Below, piece by piece: positions 9,410-19,122 of a stretch of DNA of 60,621 nt. The number at the start of each line of letters is the position of its first letter. Positions within the stretch are counted from its first letter, which is position 1. Source of the DNA: a virus (lineage: Duplodnaviria > Caudoviricetes); the IMG/VR virus record IMGVR_UViG_3300029985_000047, positions 1 to 60,621 of that record, one strand, 5' to 3'. The position numbers were made by a program, and so were the translations under genes. The notes beneath the pieces were generated by a model. It ran no database searches. It saw only the letters and a list, made by a program, of their open reading frames with translations, and was not told the origin of the DNA.

Positions 9410-9729
9410 TGACACCCTATGCAGTTATGCTTGTAAAGCCGAATGATGGAGATGTGGCTATTAGAAAACGGTTTCAGATGCAGAGTAAGAAGCAGCATCC
9501 AGATCGTGACGGGGCTAATGGCCAACCAGGGTCGGAGTGGTTTAGTTTGGCAGCAGCTTATAGCCAGATAAAAACAGAAGGTCTACGTACTGCTTGGGCC
9601 GCCAAGAACAACCTACTAAGTAGGCTATGCAAGCCGTGCAGTGGTCTTGGTGTGCGTGGAACACGCATTGGTGGTGGCAAGATTATAGTCTGCGATAAGT
9701 GTAACGGCGAAGGGCGGTTAGTAAAGTGA
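9409..9729 (+). CDS. J-domain protein with DnaJ-type zinc finger
   Basis: TPYAVM...QHPDRDG plus CKPCSGLG and CDKCNGEG (CxxCxGxG twice). Confidence 0.85.
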   Translation: MTPYAVMLVKPNDGDVAIRKRFQMQSKKQHPDRDGANGQPGSEWFSLAAAYSQIKTEGLRTAWAAKNNLLSRLCKPCSGLGVRGTRIGGGKIIVCDKCNGEGRLVK

Positions 9730-9917
9730 CGGGCGTGGATAGTGCCATAAGCAGGTTTGAGACTAGGCTTGAAGCTCTGCTAGACGAGCTAAACGAGATT
9801 GAGAAGCGAATCTTTTTGGTAGCAGCTAAGCGGTCATTCGATGCAATTTACGAGCAGTACAATGCGGATGTGATGGCGAAGCCAATTGGTGTATAATAGA
9901 CATAAGGAGGCTTGTCA

Positions 9918-10424
9918 ATGGCCGCCAAAAAGAAGAGTGAGGCTCTAGCACCAGAAAGAGCTTCAGATGTGGTCTACAAACCAAACACAGTTCTATGCTG
10001 GGAATCATTTTTTCAGTGCCAGCGTCACCCAATGCTGCGGTCACAATTGCTTACGGCGCTTATGGCTGGCACACCTCTCAGCCTAGAGTGGCTGCCTACA
10101 CCAATGCTGCTTGATGTTGTGCTAGTCTGTACTGCTGCGCGTAATCACTGCGATGCAGAAATCATTGATGATTATCGTGGGCTGCTTGACAAAGTGAATG
10201 AGCTATGGAGCCAGCCTAATTGGAGCTGCAAAGTATTTAGCAGTATTCACGGCAGTAGAGCTAATAGCATACTGCAAGGGTCGGCAGAGTTTACTTGCAC
10301 AGAAGAGCTCTATATACCTGCGATGGTAGACTGGTACTTGACGCATGAGCCACCACAGTATCTAGCTGTAGAGTTTGAGACCGATGCGCAGGAAAAAGCG
10401 TGGCGGAAGAAGTATAAAAAGTAG
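9918..10424 (+). CDS. Hypothetical protein
   Basis: TATAAT at 9892 and AAGGAGG RBS before ATG 9918. Confidence 0.75.
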   Translation: MAAKKKSEALAPERASDVVYKPNTVLCWESFFQCQRHPMLRSQLLTALMAGTPLSLEWLPTPMLLDVVLVCTAARNHCDAEIIDDYRGLLDKVNELWSQPNWSCKVFSSIHGSRANSILQGSAEFTCTEELYIPAMVDWYLTHEPPQYLAVEFETDAQEKAWRKKYKK

Positions 10425-10442
10425 CTCCAAAGGAGAGTTTAC

Positions 10443-10703
10443 GTGTTTACATCCATGAATTGCCTGTCTAAGAAGCAGTTACGCCTGGCCGTCCAGCAAG
10501 GCATGCCCATCATTGCTTACTCGCCCGTTATGACTATGCCGGCAGTAACTGGCCGAGTGCGCGTAGAAGGCCCTTGGCCCGGTACGCACGTGCCTGTGGA
10601 AGAGATTCGCGGCAAGCATGGGCGTATGAAGCCGCGTGAGATCGTCAAGCCTTGGCACGCTGACGTTATAGTATGCGACATGGCAATTGTGGAGGTGTGC
10701 TGA
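10443..10703 (+). CDS. Conserved small phage protein
   Basis: AAGGAG RBS; SKKQLRLAV...VEGP...WHA pattern. Confidence 0.7.
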   Translation: MFTSMNCLSKKQLRLAVQQGMPIIAYSPVMTMPAVTGRVRVEGPWPGTHVPVEEIRGKHGRMKPREIVKPWHADVIVCDMAIVEVC

Positions 10704-10861
10704 TGCCACAGATTATCGTGCAGCTTTTGGTGAGCACAAATGTGCCAGCACTAGTAGACTCTGACGACAAGATGTGGCTAGATACGGCGTATAAGTCTCT
10801 TGAGATGGCAAAGTCAGACTGGCCATTAGAAACGTATCGTGTGGTGGAGGTGAAGGAGTGA
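10703..10861 (+). CDS. Hypothetical protein
   Basis: TGATG and GTGA overlaps with neighbours. Confidence 0.5.
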   Translation: MPQIIVQLLVSTNVPALVDSDDKMWLDTAYKSLEMAKSDWPLETYRVVEVKE

Positions 10862-11787
10862 GTTTACTTTGGCTTCCTTTGTTGGCGGCTAGCTTGCCCA
10901 TGAAAGACGGAGACTTTGACTATTCCTTAGTACCGTTTCCAGTTTACGCAAGCCCCAAGATCGACGGGTTTCGTGCCATGGGGCAGAACAACACTTTGAT
11001 GAGTCGTGGCGGCCTTGCGCTACGCAATGCGCAGTTGCAAGCTCGTGTACGGACAATTCACTTTGAAGGCCTAGATATTGAGTTGACTGATGGTCCAGCA
11101 AATGGTGTAGATGTGTTTAATCGCACTAGTCATATTGTGAATAACGCAAAGGCTGATGCAAGCAATATTTTTTTGAATGTATTTGACCGGGCGGCATATC
11201 GTAGTGTAGACTTCCGACAGCGATACGAAGACCTGCTAGACGGCTATAGTAGCAAAAAGGCTATGAAAGCAGGTGTGCGCATTGTTGAGCAGACACTTGT
11301 CGATAACATAGCGCAGCTGAAAGAGTACGAGACAGCTCGTTTAGCCGAGTGCTATGAAGGGACAATGCTACGTCGTGCAGACCAAGGGCCTTACCCACAG
11401 AAGACCGGTAAAGCGAATCGGTCTACGCTCAGAGAGTTTAACTTAATACGCATGAAGCGGTTTGAATACGAGTTTGCTACACTGACTGCTGTGCATCCAT
11501 TAGAGCACAATATTAATGAAGAGCGTACTGCTACAGGCAAGCGTAGCACTAAGAAGTCAGGGCGTGTAGTAGATGCTGGCGGTTTGAAAGGCAGTGCTAC
11601 ACTGCGTGACGTAAAGACTGGTGTAGAGTTCAATACTACAATTGGTCGAGCTGCATTGCGTGCTTGGGCTGGTTGGGCCGATGAAAAGAAGTGGAAGGGC
11701 ATTAAAGTCCGCTATAAGTATCAAGTCTGTGGCACAGTTGACAAACCACGAATTAATACTGCAGACTTGAAGGAGCTACTGCCATGA
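10858..11787 (+). CDS. lig: ATP-dependent DNA ligase
   Basis: KIDGFR adenylation motif, YEGTMLR, RMKRF and C-terminal OB-fold KPR. Confidence 0.9.
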   Translation: MSLLWLPLLAASLPMKDGDFDYSLVPFPVYASPKIDGFRAMGQNNTLMSRGGLALRNAQLQARVRTIHFEGLDIELTDGPANGVDVFNRTSHIVNNAKADASNIFLNVFDRAAYRSVDFRQRYEDLLDGYSSKKAMKAGVRIVEQTLVDNIAQLKEYETARLAECYEGTMLRRADQGPYPQKTGKANRSTLREFNLIRMKRFEYEFATLTAVHPLEHNINEERTATGKRSTKKSGRVVDAGGLKGSATLRDVKTGVEFNTTIGRAALRAWAGWADEKKWKGIKVRYKYQVCGTVDKPRINTADLKELLP

Positions 11788-12050
11788 GAATGTGCAGGTT
11801 TATGGTCGAGGTTCTGGTTCCAGAAAGCGAAGATACTTTTGACGAATCAGCTACTTTGGAAAAGGCTATCGAGTTCGGAATTGAGCAACAGGCACTATAT
11901 ATTAATGCTGCGCACATTGATGCTTTAGTACTGAGTTGCAAAGTAGTTGATCTAGATATGCAAGAAGTGAAGCGATTAAAGAAACTTGATATTGAGCACC
12001 GAAAGTATGGCTGTGATGATTCTAAGTGTGGCGTGAAAGGCTGTCTATGA
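11784..12050 (+). CDS. Hypothetical protein
   Basis: ATGA overlap; AAGGAG RBS. Confidence 0.6.
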   Translation: MRMCRFMVEVLVPESEDTFDESATLEKAIEFGIEQQALYINAAHIDALVLSCKVVDLDMQEVKRLKKLDIEHRKYGCDDSKCGVKGCL

Positions 12051-12268
12051 AAGTTCTGCGTATCAGCATTGAAGTGGAAGTTCCTTATGGCGATGATCTG
12101 CCACTAATTCGCAGCCTGAACGAAACTGTAAAAGCTTGTCTCACTAGTAATCTTCCGACTTTTGTACCTAGGCAGCACCAGATATGGGAGAGCATTAGTC
12201 CTAACAATCACATTGGAGTTGTGACAGAATGGCCACCAAGAAGTGCTGCAAGTGTAGAAAAGTCTTAG
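12047..12268 (+). CDS. Hypothetical protein
   Basis: ATGA overlap with upstream gene. Confidence 0.55.
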   Translation: MKVLRISIEVEVPYGDDLPLIRSLNETVKACLTSNLPTFVPRQHQIWESISPNNHIGVVTEWPPRSAASVEKS

Positions 12269-12381
12269 AAACTGCTGTAGTATGCCGCAGTTGTGGGCAC
12301 CTTGTTTGTGGGTGTAAAGTCTGCAGAGATTGCGCCCACGAACGATGTGTGAGCGCTACTTGTACTAAGAAGAGGTGAACT

Positions 12382-12642
12382 ATGATCATTCGATGGAAGA
12401 TGGTCGGAGCTACAGAGTACGTAGCTGTGTGGCAAGCGAAGTCCTTGTCGGTTCGATATACTGTCGAAGCAAAATGGCGCGTGTATGTTGATGAAGAGCG
12501 AGTCAAGGGCACATGGTTCACGCCACAGTCAGCTATGGAAGCTGTGGACGTTGCAGCTTGCAAGGTCATCAAGGTACTGGGCAGGTCAGTACAGGCGACA
12601 CAGCGCGCTTACGCAATGAGAAGGGTGGTATCCAATGCCTAA
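12382..12642 (+). CDS. Hypothetical protein
   Basis: GAGGTG RBS. Confidence 0.65.
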   Translation: MIIRWKMVGATEYVAVWQAKSLSVRYTVEAKWRVYVDEERVKGTWFTPQSAMEAVDVAACKVIKVLGRSVQATQRAYAMRRVVSNA

Positions 12643-12862
12643 GATCGCGGCAAGTATTCACATCACTATAGATGATGTAGGTACAATCGCAACGTCGATT
12701 GATGGGTCTCAGATGCTGGTGGCGGGGCTTATACGCTGGCTAGATACTTATGATCGCATGCTAGTCACACGGCAGATCGACATGGAGCAAGTACAGAATA
12801 CAGTGGCCACAGACGGATGCGTGACAGCTCACTACAGAGAGGCTGACAGTGCCTCCAACTAA
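12635..12862 (+). CDS. Hypothetical protein
   Basis: Operon packing. Confidence 0.55.
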   Translation: MPKIAASIHITIDDVGTIATSIDGSQMLVAGLIRWLDTYDRMLVTRQIDMEQVQNTVATDGCVTAHYREADSASN

Positions 12863-13358
12863 ATCTGGGCCTAGTGTTGATATGCTTGCAGAGTATCAGG
12901 CTGCTGCTAAGGCTCTAGCGCCTGCAGTTAAACGGCTAGAAAAGGCTTTGAAGAACTTGGATCCTTCAAAGATTCCAATTGGTGCCGTGTCAGATACTTT
13001 GTACGCATTACGCGCAGCGGCAAAGCTGCCTAAGTTGCTTAATGATCCATTTGAGGATATCTTTGTGCCTGCGATTAAAGCTCTTGAAGACTACTTTATT
13101 GAGACACTTAAAGTGGGCGAGTCAAGTGGTGTGCAGGGGCATCTGAGTCGTGTGCAGGTTACAGACAGTACTGTGCCTGTTGTGTCCGACTGGCCAAAGT
13201 TCTATGCATATATCAAAAAGAACAGCGCATTTGAGCTGCTCAATCGTGCAGTCAACAAGGCGGCCGTAAGTGAACGCTGGGAGCAAAAGAAACAGATTCC
13301 TGGCGTTAGTGCATTTAAAGCAAAAAAAGTCAGCTGCACAAAGTTAGGAGGTAAGTGA
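12849..13358 (+). CDS. Conserved replication-module phage protein
   Basis: VSDWPKFYAYIKKNSAFELLNRAV...IPGV pattern typical of genes upstream of phage SSB and PolA. Confidence 0.7.
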   Translation: MPPTKSGPSVDMLAEYQAAAKALAPAVKRLEKALKNLDPSKIPIGAVSDTLYALRAAAKLPKLLNDPFEDIFVPAIKALEDYFIETLKVGESSGVQGHLSRVQVTDSTVPVVSDWPKFYAYIKKNSAFELLNRAVNKAAVSERWEQKKQIPGVSAFKAKKVSCTKLGGK

Positions 13359-13879
13359 TAGGCTACTATGTGGCAGGTTGTCTCGGCGTGATAGTAGGCC
13401 TTTTGTTTGTCATTTCTATGCTTGCAGTCGACAAGTCTAAGCTGCTAGGAGAGCTAGAGGAGGAGCGTAAGTGCTACCAGGCCGCACGTTGGTTGGCACA
13501 GTATAACTACGCCTATATGGCAGCTGTGCGTAATGTAGCTGCACGTGATCTCCATTTAACTTACAATGCATTAACCTGTATGGTAGATGACGATCTGCGA
13601 AGACATGCTTACTATGGGATGGCCGGACAGGTAATACCATTGATGTATGTACCCAAGGAACTACGAGGCGCAGCTGCTGCGTTCAATAGGCGTGTGTTTG
13701 CCAATTGGCCTGCTCGGTATACAGAGAAAGTAGACCGTGGTGAGACTGTTGAGCAGGCACGTATCCGTCAGCTGCAGGATGCAGTAGTACTATTGCGAAA
13801 GGCAGACTTACCACGCCGTGTGCGCGATGAGCTCGAAAAAGTTTTAGGGCCTCTGAAAAACGATACACCGCACATTTGA
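13355..13879 (+). CDS. Membrane-anchored hypothetical protein
   Basis: N-terminal hydrophobic helix; AGGAGG RBS. Confidence 0.65.
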   Translation: MIGYYVAGCLGVIVGLLFVISMLAVDKSKLLGELEEERKCYQAARWLAQYNYAYMAAVRNVAARDLHLTYNALTCMVDDDLRRHAYYGMAGQVIPLMYVPKELRGAAAAFNRRVFANWPARYTEKVDRGETVEQARIRQLQDAVVLLRKADLPRRVRDELEKVLGPLKNDTPHI

Positions 13880-13931
13880 TAAAGTGCGACAATACTGACT
13901 AGTAGAACAAACCGCTAAGGAGAAACAGCAA

Positions 13932-14756
13932 ATGGCAGTAGCTAAGAAAACAGCAAGCAAGACGACTACCACCACCATCGTGCCATGGAGCGAGCGATTC
14001 GCAAAGCATGCACAAGCAGCAAAGGAGCAGGAAAAGGGCGTAGGTGGATTCGGTCAGCGCGTAAAGTTTGGACCAGGTGTCATGACAGTGGCAGGCGGGT
14101 CTTTGCCCGGTGGAAAGCTCGAGTGTGTGGTAATTGGATCATGCGCAGCTAATGCTCTGTACGAGGGTGCGTATGACCCAGATGCACCTGAGACACCTGT
14201 GTGCTATGCGTTCAATGTGCTAACGGAGGATATGGCTCCGCACGAAGATGCTCCACAGAAGCAAGCCGGCAATTGTGCAGAGTGTGAGCAGAACCAGTTT
14301 GGTAGCGCAGCTACTGGCAAAGGCAAAGCCTGTGCTAACACGCGCCTTTTGGGTCTGCTCACATCAAAAGACTGTGAGGATGCAGCAGCTATTAGTACAG
14401 TAGAGCTTGCTGTTGCGCGTATCAGTCCTACCAACCTGAAGGCTTGGGCTGGATATGTGCGCGCAGTTGCTGATGAGCATGGTCGTCCACCGTGGGGCGT
14501 AGTGACAGAGATCAGCTCACACCCCGATCCTAAGACACAGATTCGTCTCGAGTTCAGGATGGTAGAACTGATTGACGACGGCGATACTCTTGAGGCACTT
14601 GAGAAGCGGGCAGGCGATAAGGTGCAGGAAGTTCTGCAGCAGCCGTACACAGCGCTGCCTGAGCGGCCTGCTAAGCCTGCAAAGGCTGTTAAGCCCGCAA
14701 TCAAGGGTGTGAAGACGACAGTCGCAAAGTCGTCGAAGTTTGCAGTGAAGCGGTAG
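13932..14756 (+). CDS. Putative ssDNA-binding or annealing protein
   Basis: CAECEQNQFGS...GKGKAC motif; strong RBS, own terminator, position before DNA polymerase. Confidence 0.65.
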   Translation: MAVAKKTASKTTTTTIVPWSERFAKHAQAAKEQEKGVGGFGQRVKFGPGVMTVAGGSLPGGKLECVVIGSCAANALYEGAYDPDAPETPVCYAFNVLTEDMAPHEDAPQKQAGNCAECEQNQFGSAATGKGKACANTRLLGLLTSKDCEDAAAISTVELAVARISPTNLKAWAGYVRAVADEHGRPPWGVVTEISSHPDPKTQIRLEFRMVELIDDGDTLEALEKRAGDKVQEVLQQPYTALPERPAKPAKAVKPAIKGVKTTVAKSSKFAVKR

Positions 14757-14763
14757 TAGTTAC

Positions 14764-14802
14764 AGGGCGTGCTTTGAAATAGGCACGCCCTAAGTTTATT
14801 TT
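14764..14802 (+). terminator. Rho-independent terminator
   Basis: agggcgtgc...gcacgccct stem followed by aagtttatttt. Confidence 0.7.
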
Positions 14803-14815
14803 AAGAGGGCAATGC

Positions 14816-16729
14816 ATGGCGACGAAAGTACCTCCAGTTATTGTTGCAGATTTTGAAACACATGGGATAGAGGCACGGCCTAAGTATCCGCCAAAACCGG
14901 TTAGCCTAGCACTAAAGTGGCCAGATCAGCGCGAGTACAGGCTAATGGCTTGGGGCCATGGAGATGGCTCGAAGGCTGCTGGCAATAACTGCACAGAGAA
15001 GGAGGCACGGGGAGAGTATAAGAAAGCACGCGATAGCCGATATCGTATGCTCTTCCAAAATGGTTCATTTGACCAGGATGTCGCCGAGACTCACTGGGAA
15101 ATTCCGCTATTGCCCTGGGAGCGCTACGATGAGACTATGTATTTGGCGTTCCTCAACAATCCACACTCGCCTACTTTAGCTTTAAAGCCTTTGTGTGAAT
15201 TGCTGTTAGGTATACCACCTGAAGAACAAGATTCTATGTACGCGTGGATTATTGAAAATGTATCAGAGGCAAAGAAAAAGCCGAGCACAGCTGGTGCATA
15301 CATTAGTCAATGTCCTTACCAGATTGTTAAGCCTTATCATAAAGGCGATCTGACGCGCACTCTGGCATTGTTCAATTATCTTTATCCACGTGTAATCGAT
15401 GCAGGTATGTCTGAGGCATATGATGTAGAGCGCCAACTGATGCCTGTGCTGCTAGAGAATGCGCGCATAGGTATGCGAGTGGATGTTGAAGGCCTTGGGC
15501 GTGATCTGCCAGTTATGAAGGCTGGTATTGAGAAGGCCGATGTTTGGCTGCGCAAGCGGCTAGGCGATATAAACTTCAATAGCGACCGTCAACTAGCTGA
15601 TGCTCTGCTAAGTAAAGGCGTAGTTAGCGAATTATCAAGGACGCCTAAAGGCCAGTTATCTGTCAGTAAGAAGTCACTTACTGTTGATAAGTTCATTGAC
15701 AAACGTGTGTGGCAAGTAATGTCTTACCGCAGTAAAATGAGTACTTGCGTTAGTATGTTTGCCGAAGCTTGGCTAGAGCTGGCCGACAGTAATAACTATC
15801 TGCATCCACAATGGATGCAGGTTCGTAGTCCCAAAGGTGGAGCTGATGATACTAACGGAGCACGCTCAGGCAGGATTATTTGCACAAGACCTAATTTCTT
15901 AAATGTTAGTAAGTCGTTCTCAAAGGATATATCAGCAGGCTATTCGCACCCAAGTTTTTTGAAGGCAATGGAACTGCCTAAGATGCGCACTTACTGTTTG
16001 CCAGATAAAGGTCAGACTTGGATTAAGCGTGACTTTTCTAGCCAGGAGATTAGACTAGTAGCACACGCTGAGGATGGGCCTATGATGCAGGCCTTTCTGG
16101 ATAATCCAAAGCATGATATCCATGAGATAGCACGAGTGGAAATTGAGCGAGCACTCATAAATGCAGGATTGCGAGATAGCTTTGATCGCGACACTGCAAA
16201 GACTGTAGTATTTGGCAGGATTTACGGCATGGGCGTTAGTGGCCTGATGATAGCGCTAAGGCTAGCTGATAATGAGCGGGCAGTTGCTAAAATTATTCAA
16301 CGTGCAATTAATGATGCACTGCCAACACTGAAAGCACTTGATGATGCTATGAAGGCTCTCTTTAAAGCGGGTCAGCCTATTAGAACAATCGGGGGCCGCA
16401 TATACTACTGTGAACCGCCTACATATAATGCAAAGTTTGGGCGCGATATGCACTATGAGTTTCGCGCTCTAAATTACTATGCACAGTCAAGTGGAGCTGA
16501 CGTTATGAAGCGTACACTTGTAAAGTACAATGCACATCCTAAGCGGCGTGGCAGACTTACAACATCTGTGTATGATGAGGTCGACGCATCTTGCCCTGCA
16601 AAAGCGCAGAAAGAGGAGATGGCAGTACTGAACGACTGTATGCTGAATAGTGTTCAATGCGATGTGCCATTACTGTCAGAGGGAGCTACTGGGCCTAACT
16701 GGGGCGCACTAGTTAAGTGGGTAGATTGA
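14816..16729 (+). CDS. polA: Family A DNA polymerase with 3'-5' exonuclease
   Basis: Exo I DFET; SGR...PN; motif A DFSSQEIR; motif B RDTAKTVVFGRIYG; motif C VYDE. Confidence 0.95.
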   Translation: MATKVPPVIVADFETHGIEARPKYPPKPVSLALKWPDQREYRLMAWGHGDGSKAAGNNCTEKEARGEYKKARDSRYRMLFQNGSFDQDVAETHWEIPLLPWERYDETMYLAFLNNPHSPTLALKPLCELLLGIPPEEQDSMYAWIIENVSEAKKKPSTAGAYISQCPYQIVKPYHKGDLTRTLALFNYLYPRVIDAGMSEAYDVERQLMPVLLENARIGMRVDVEGLGRDLPVMKAGIEKADVWLRKRLGDINFNSDRQLADALLSKGVVSELSRTPKGQLSVSKKSLTVDKFIDKRVWQVMSYRSKMSTCVSMFAEAWLELADSNNYLHPQWMQVRSPKGGADDTNGARSGRIICTRPNFLNVSKSFSKDISAGYSHPSFLKAMELPKMRTYCLPDKGQTWIKRDFSSQEIRLVAHAEDGPMMQAFLDNPKHDIHEIARVEIERALINAGLRDSFDRDTAKTVVFGRIYGMGVSGLMIALRLADNERAVAKIIQRAINDALPTLKALDDAMKALFKAGQPIRTIGGRIYYCEPPTYNAKFGRDMHYEFRALNYYAQSSGADVMKRTLVKYNAHPKRRGRLTTSVYDEVDASCPAKAQKEEMAVLNDCMLNSVQCDVPLLSEGATGPNWGALVKWVD

Positions 16730-17416
16730 TGAAACCTTTGTACGTATACTGGTTACGCGCACCAATGCTTGATAATCAAATAGTGTATGTGGGATGTGGG
16801 GATAACCCAGAAGCGCGCAGAAAGGCTGCTCAGCGGCGTTACCATATGCAACTAACTATGGTGCACTCTGAAGCTTACACTGACTACACCGAGGCAGGAG
16901 CGCATGAGACTTTAGAGATTGGTAAGCATTGGTCAACTGTATTTAACATAGTGCGTAAATCAGCTATCTCGGTAAAGTTTGCTGAACGCAGTGTAAAGAT
17001 TAGGGTATCACTTACTGGTATTGTGAGAAGCTCTGAAACTCGGGCGAAGATAAGTGCTTTTAGAACAGGTCAGTCTAATGGGCCACATTCTATGGAAGCC
17101 CGTAAAAAGATTGGCGATGGAAATCGAGGCAAAGTAGTTACAGAAGCAACTCGTGAACTAATACGCCGGGCAACTACTGGTAAAAAAACAATCGGCAGAG
17201 ACTATTGCGAAACGCACGGCTAAGACAACTGACCAGAGAAGAACTGAGGAACAGCGTAAGTGGCTTTCCAAGGCTATGACAGGCAAATCGTGGTCGCCAG
17301 CTATGATTGCGGCAAAGGCTAGGCAGTATGAACGACACAAGCTTAATCAGTCCGGCTACGGCCATCCGTGGCGCGTAAAGAATCTTAGTAAGGAGATACA
17401 GGAGGCAATTGGATGA
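16729..17416 (+). pseudogene. GIY-YIG/NUMOD3 homing endonuclease, frameshifted at the A7 run 17182-17188
   Basis: YVYWL...YVG N-terminus with SxETRAKIS repeats; dropping one A continues as GKKQSAETIAKR... to TGA 17416, which overlaps the next ATG. Confidence 0.75.
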
Positions 17417-17604
17417 CCGACAAGCCACCAAGATACCGCTTTGGTAATGTTGATGGAGCTATGAAGAATGGCACTGCTGTATCAATTGGCTTCGACAGTG
17501 CAGACCAAGTAACTATTGAGTTTAACTATACCGACCAGCAAGACGGCCAGCTTTACCACGTCTATGCTAGAGGACACCGTACCAAGATCAATAAGGAGAC
17601 ATAG
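17413..17604 (+). CDS. Hypothetical protein
   Basis: AGGAGG RBS. Confidence 0.65.
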   Translation: MTDKPPRYRFGNVDGAMKNGTAVSIGFDSADQVTIEFNYTDQQDGQLYHVYARGHRTKINKET

Positions 17605-18345
17605 TTGGCGATCACATCAGGAATCAGAAAGACCTACGCACAGCTCAAGAGCTGGAGCTACAGTACTTACACGCAATATCTTGGATGCCCGTATTCTGTG
17701 TGCCTTGAAAAGATACAGAAGGTTCGAGTAGTAGAACCAGAGAATCCACACTTTGTCAAAGGCAACAGAGTCCACGGTTCTGCCGAGCAGTATATCAGCG
17801 CGCCTGGACGGGCGCCTGGAGCACTTGAGCCTGAGTTGACGAAACTCAAACCATTGCTCACTCGTCTGCGCAAAGCAAAGGCGCGCGTAGAGCAGGAGTG
17901 GGCATTTGATAAGCTGTACAATCCAGTCGCATGGTTCTCGCCACAGGCATGGCTGCGTGTTAAGACCGATGTGTGTGCTGATACACTTGCGCCGCCCGCC
18001 GTAGAGATCGTTGATTGGAAGACTGGCCGTCCGCATGATGAGCATAGACAGCAACGTAGTCTCTATGCACTTGGTGGTTTGCAGCTAGTCCAGCTAGGTG
18101 CACTAGCAGGTGGCAGTAAAGATACAACACTGACTGCGCAGCATGTCTACGTCGATTGGCCTGACTCCACAGCTACCGAGTCTTACGCCATGAAGCACCT
18201 GCCGGCATTGAAGCGTGAATGGGCGGCGCGTATCAAGCCGATGATGGAGGATACACGCTTTCTGGTTAAGCCTGGATCTGCATGCCGCTGGTGCAAGTTC
18301 AATGCCAAGAACGGCCTTGGAGGCCCGTGCCAAGATGGACGTTAA
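17605..18345 (+). CDS. PD-(D/E)XK Cas4/RecB-like exonuclease
   Basis: SWSYS...CP, GNRVH, KTD...IVDWKTG, QRSLYA and CRWC...C (Fe-S cysteines). Confidence 0.88.
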   Translation: MAITSGIRKTYAQLKSWSYSTYTQYLGCPYSVCLEKIQKVRVVEPENPHFVKGNRVHGSAEQYISAPGRAPGALEPELTKLKPLLTRLRKAKARVEQEWAFDKLYNPVAWFSPQAWLRVKTDVCADTLAPPAVEIVDWKTGRPHDEHRQQRSLYALGGLQLVQLGALAGGSKDTTLTAQHVYVDWPDSTATESYAMKHLPALKREWAARIKPMMEDTRFLVKPGSACRWCKFNAKNGLGGPCQDGR

Positions 18346-18505
18346 GCCTGTAACTGAAAAAGAGTTACGCAGCTGTCATGTACGAGGAGCTTTAGGTGTC
18401 TGCCTAGAGCTCCAGCTGCCAATTGAGACTGTAACTATGGTCTGTGCAGCATTGAAGATTACACAAGAAGAACTGCAAGAGGTGATCAATGGCAAGAAAG
18501 CTTAA
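18335..18505 (+). CDS. Small HTH-like hypothetical protein
   Basis: Operon packing; ALKITQEELQEVI. Confidence 0.45.
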   Translation: MDVKPVTEKELRSCHVRGALGVCLELQLPIETVTMVCAALKITQEELQEVINGKKA

Positions 18506-18782
18506 GATTGTAAAAGAGACCGACCGTGATGTAGAGTTGCGCAACAAGGTCCGGGTTCTACTCGAGGAAGTTTGCTTTGAGCATGGGCCCCAGTATGATG
18601 TCAGTGTCAAGACGCTTAAACCTGGGCATGTGCGATGCTGCTTTAGAGACACCACAGGCCACTATATGTACATAGAGCTACGTGAGGCAGTGCTGAGTCG
18701 GCCTAAACAAATTGCGCAGGCAGTCAACAGAGAGTGGAGTAGGTGGTTCTTTGGCGAGGCGCGAAACTGTCCTAGAAGCTAG
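18489..18782 (+). CDS. Hypothetical protein
   Basis: GAGGTG RBS. Confidence 0.6.
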   Translation: MARKLKIVKETDRDVELRNKVRVLLEEVCFEHGPQYDVSVKTLKPGHVRCCFRDTTGHYMYIELREAVLSRPKQIAQAVNREWSRWFFGEARNCPRS

Positions 18783-19122
18783 AGCTTGCAAGTGGGCCCG
18801 CTTGAAAGGCTGTGTAGTAGCTAAGATGACGGAGTGTGACGGCGTCCCGGACAGAGTCTTCTTTGTGCCGGGTGGCCGTCCAATTGTCATTGAGTTTAAA
18901 CGGAAGGGCGAGGTGCCTGAGGGTCTTCAGCACTGGTACCTTGACAAGCTTCGTGAGCTCGGCTACTACGCTCGTTGGTGCGATACATGGGAAGGCTTCT
19001 TGGAGATAGTCAATGGATTTAGTTCCAAAGTCAGTAGCACTAAAAATGGAAGAAAGCAAACGGACGGCAAAGGCTTGGACACCGTGGCCATACCAAGAGC
19101 GCGCTCTAAAGGCCTTGCTTGA
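18712..19122 (+). CDS. VRR-NUC domain nuclease (start uncertain)
   Basis: E..LE, GVPDR, IEFKR and LQ motifs; directly upstream of the SNF2 helicase. Confidence 0.88.
   Translation: MRRQSTESGVGGSLARRETVLEARACKWARLKGCVVAKMTECDGVPDRVFFVPGGRPIVIEFKRKGEVPEGLQHWYLDKLRELGYYARWCDTWEGFLEIVNGFSSKVSSTKNGRKQTDGKGLDTVAIPRARSKGLA

Noticed and set aside
14816-16729. Intein or intron in the DNA polymerase
   Set aside because: Motif spacing and length are normal, and the endonuclease lies downstream of the stop codon.
17605-18345. Cas4-like gene as part of a CRISPR system
   Set aside because: It sits in the usual polymerase-nuclease-helicase replication module with no array or other cas genes.
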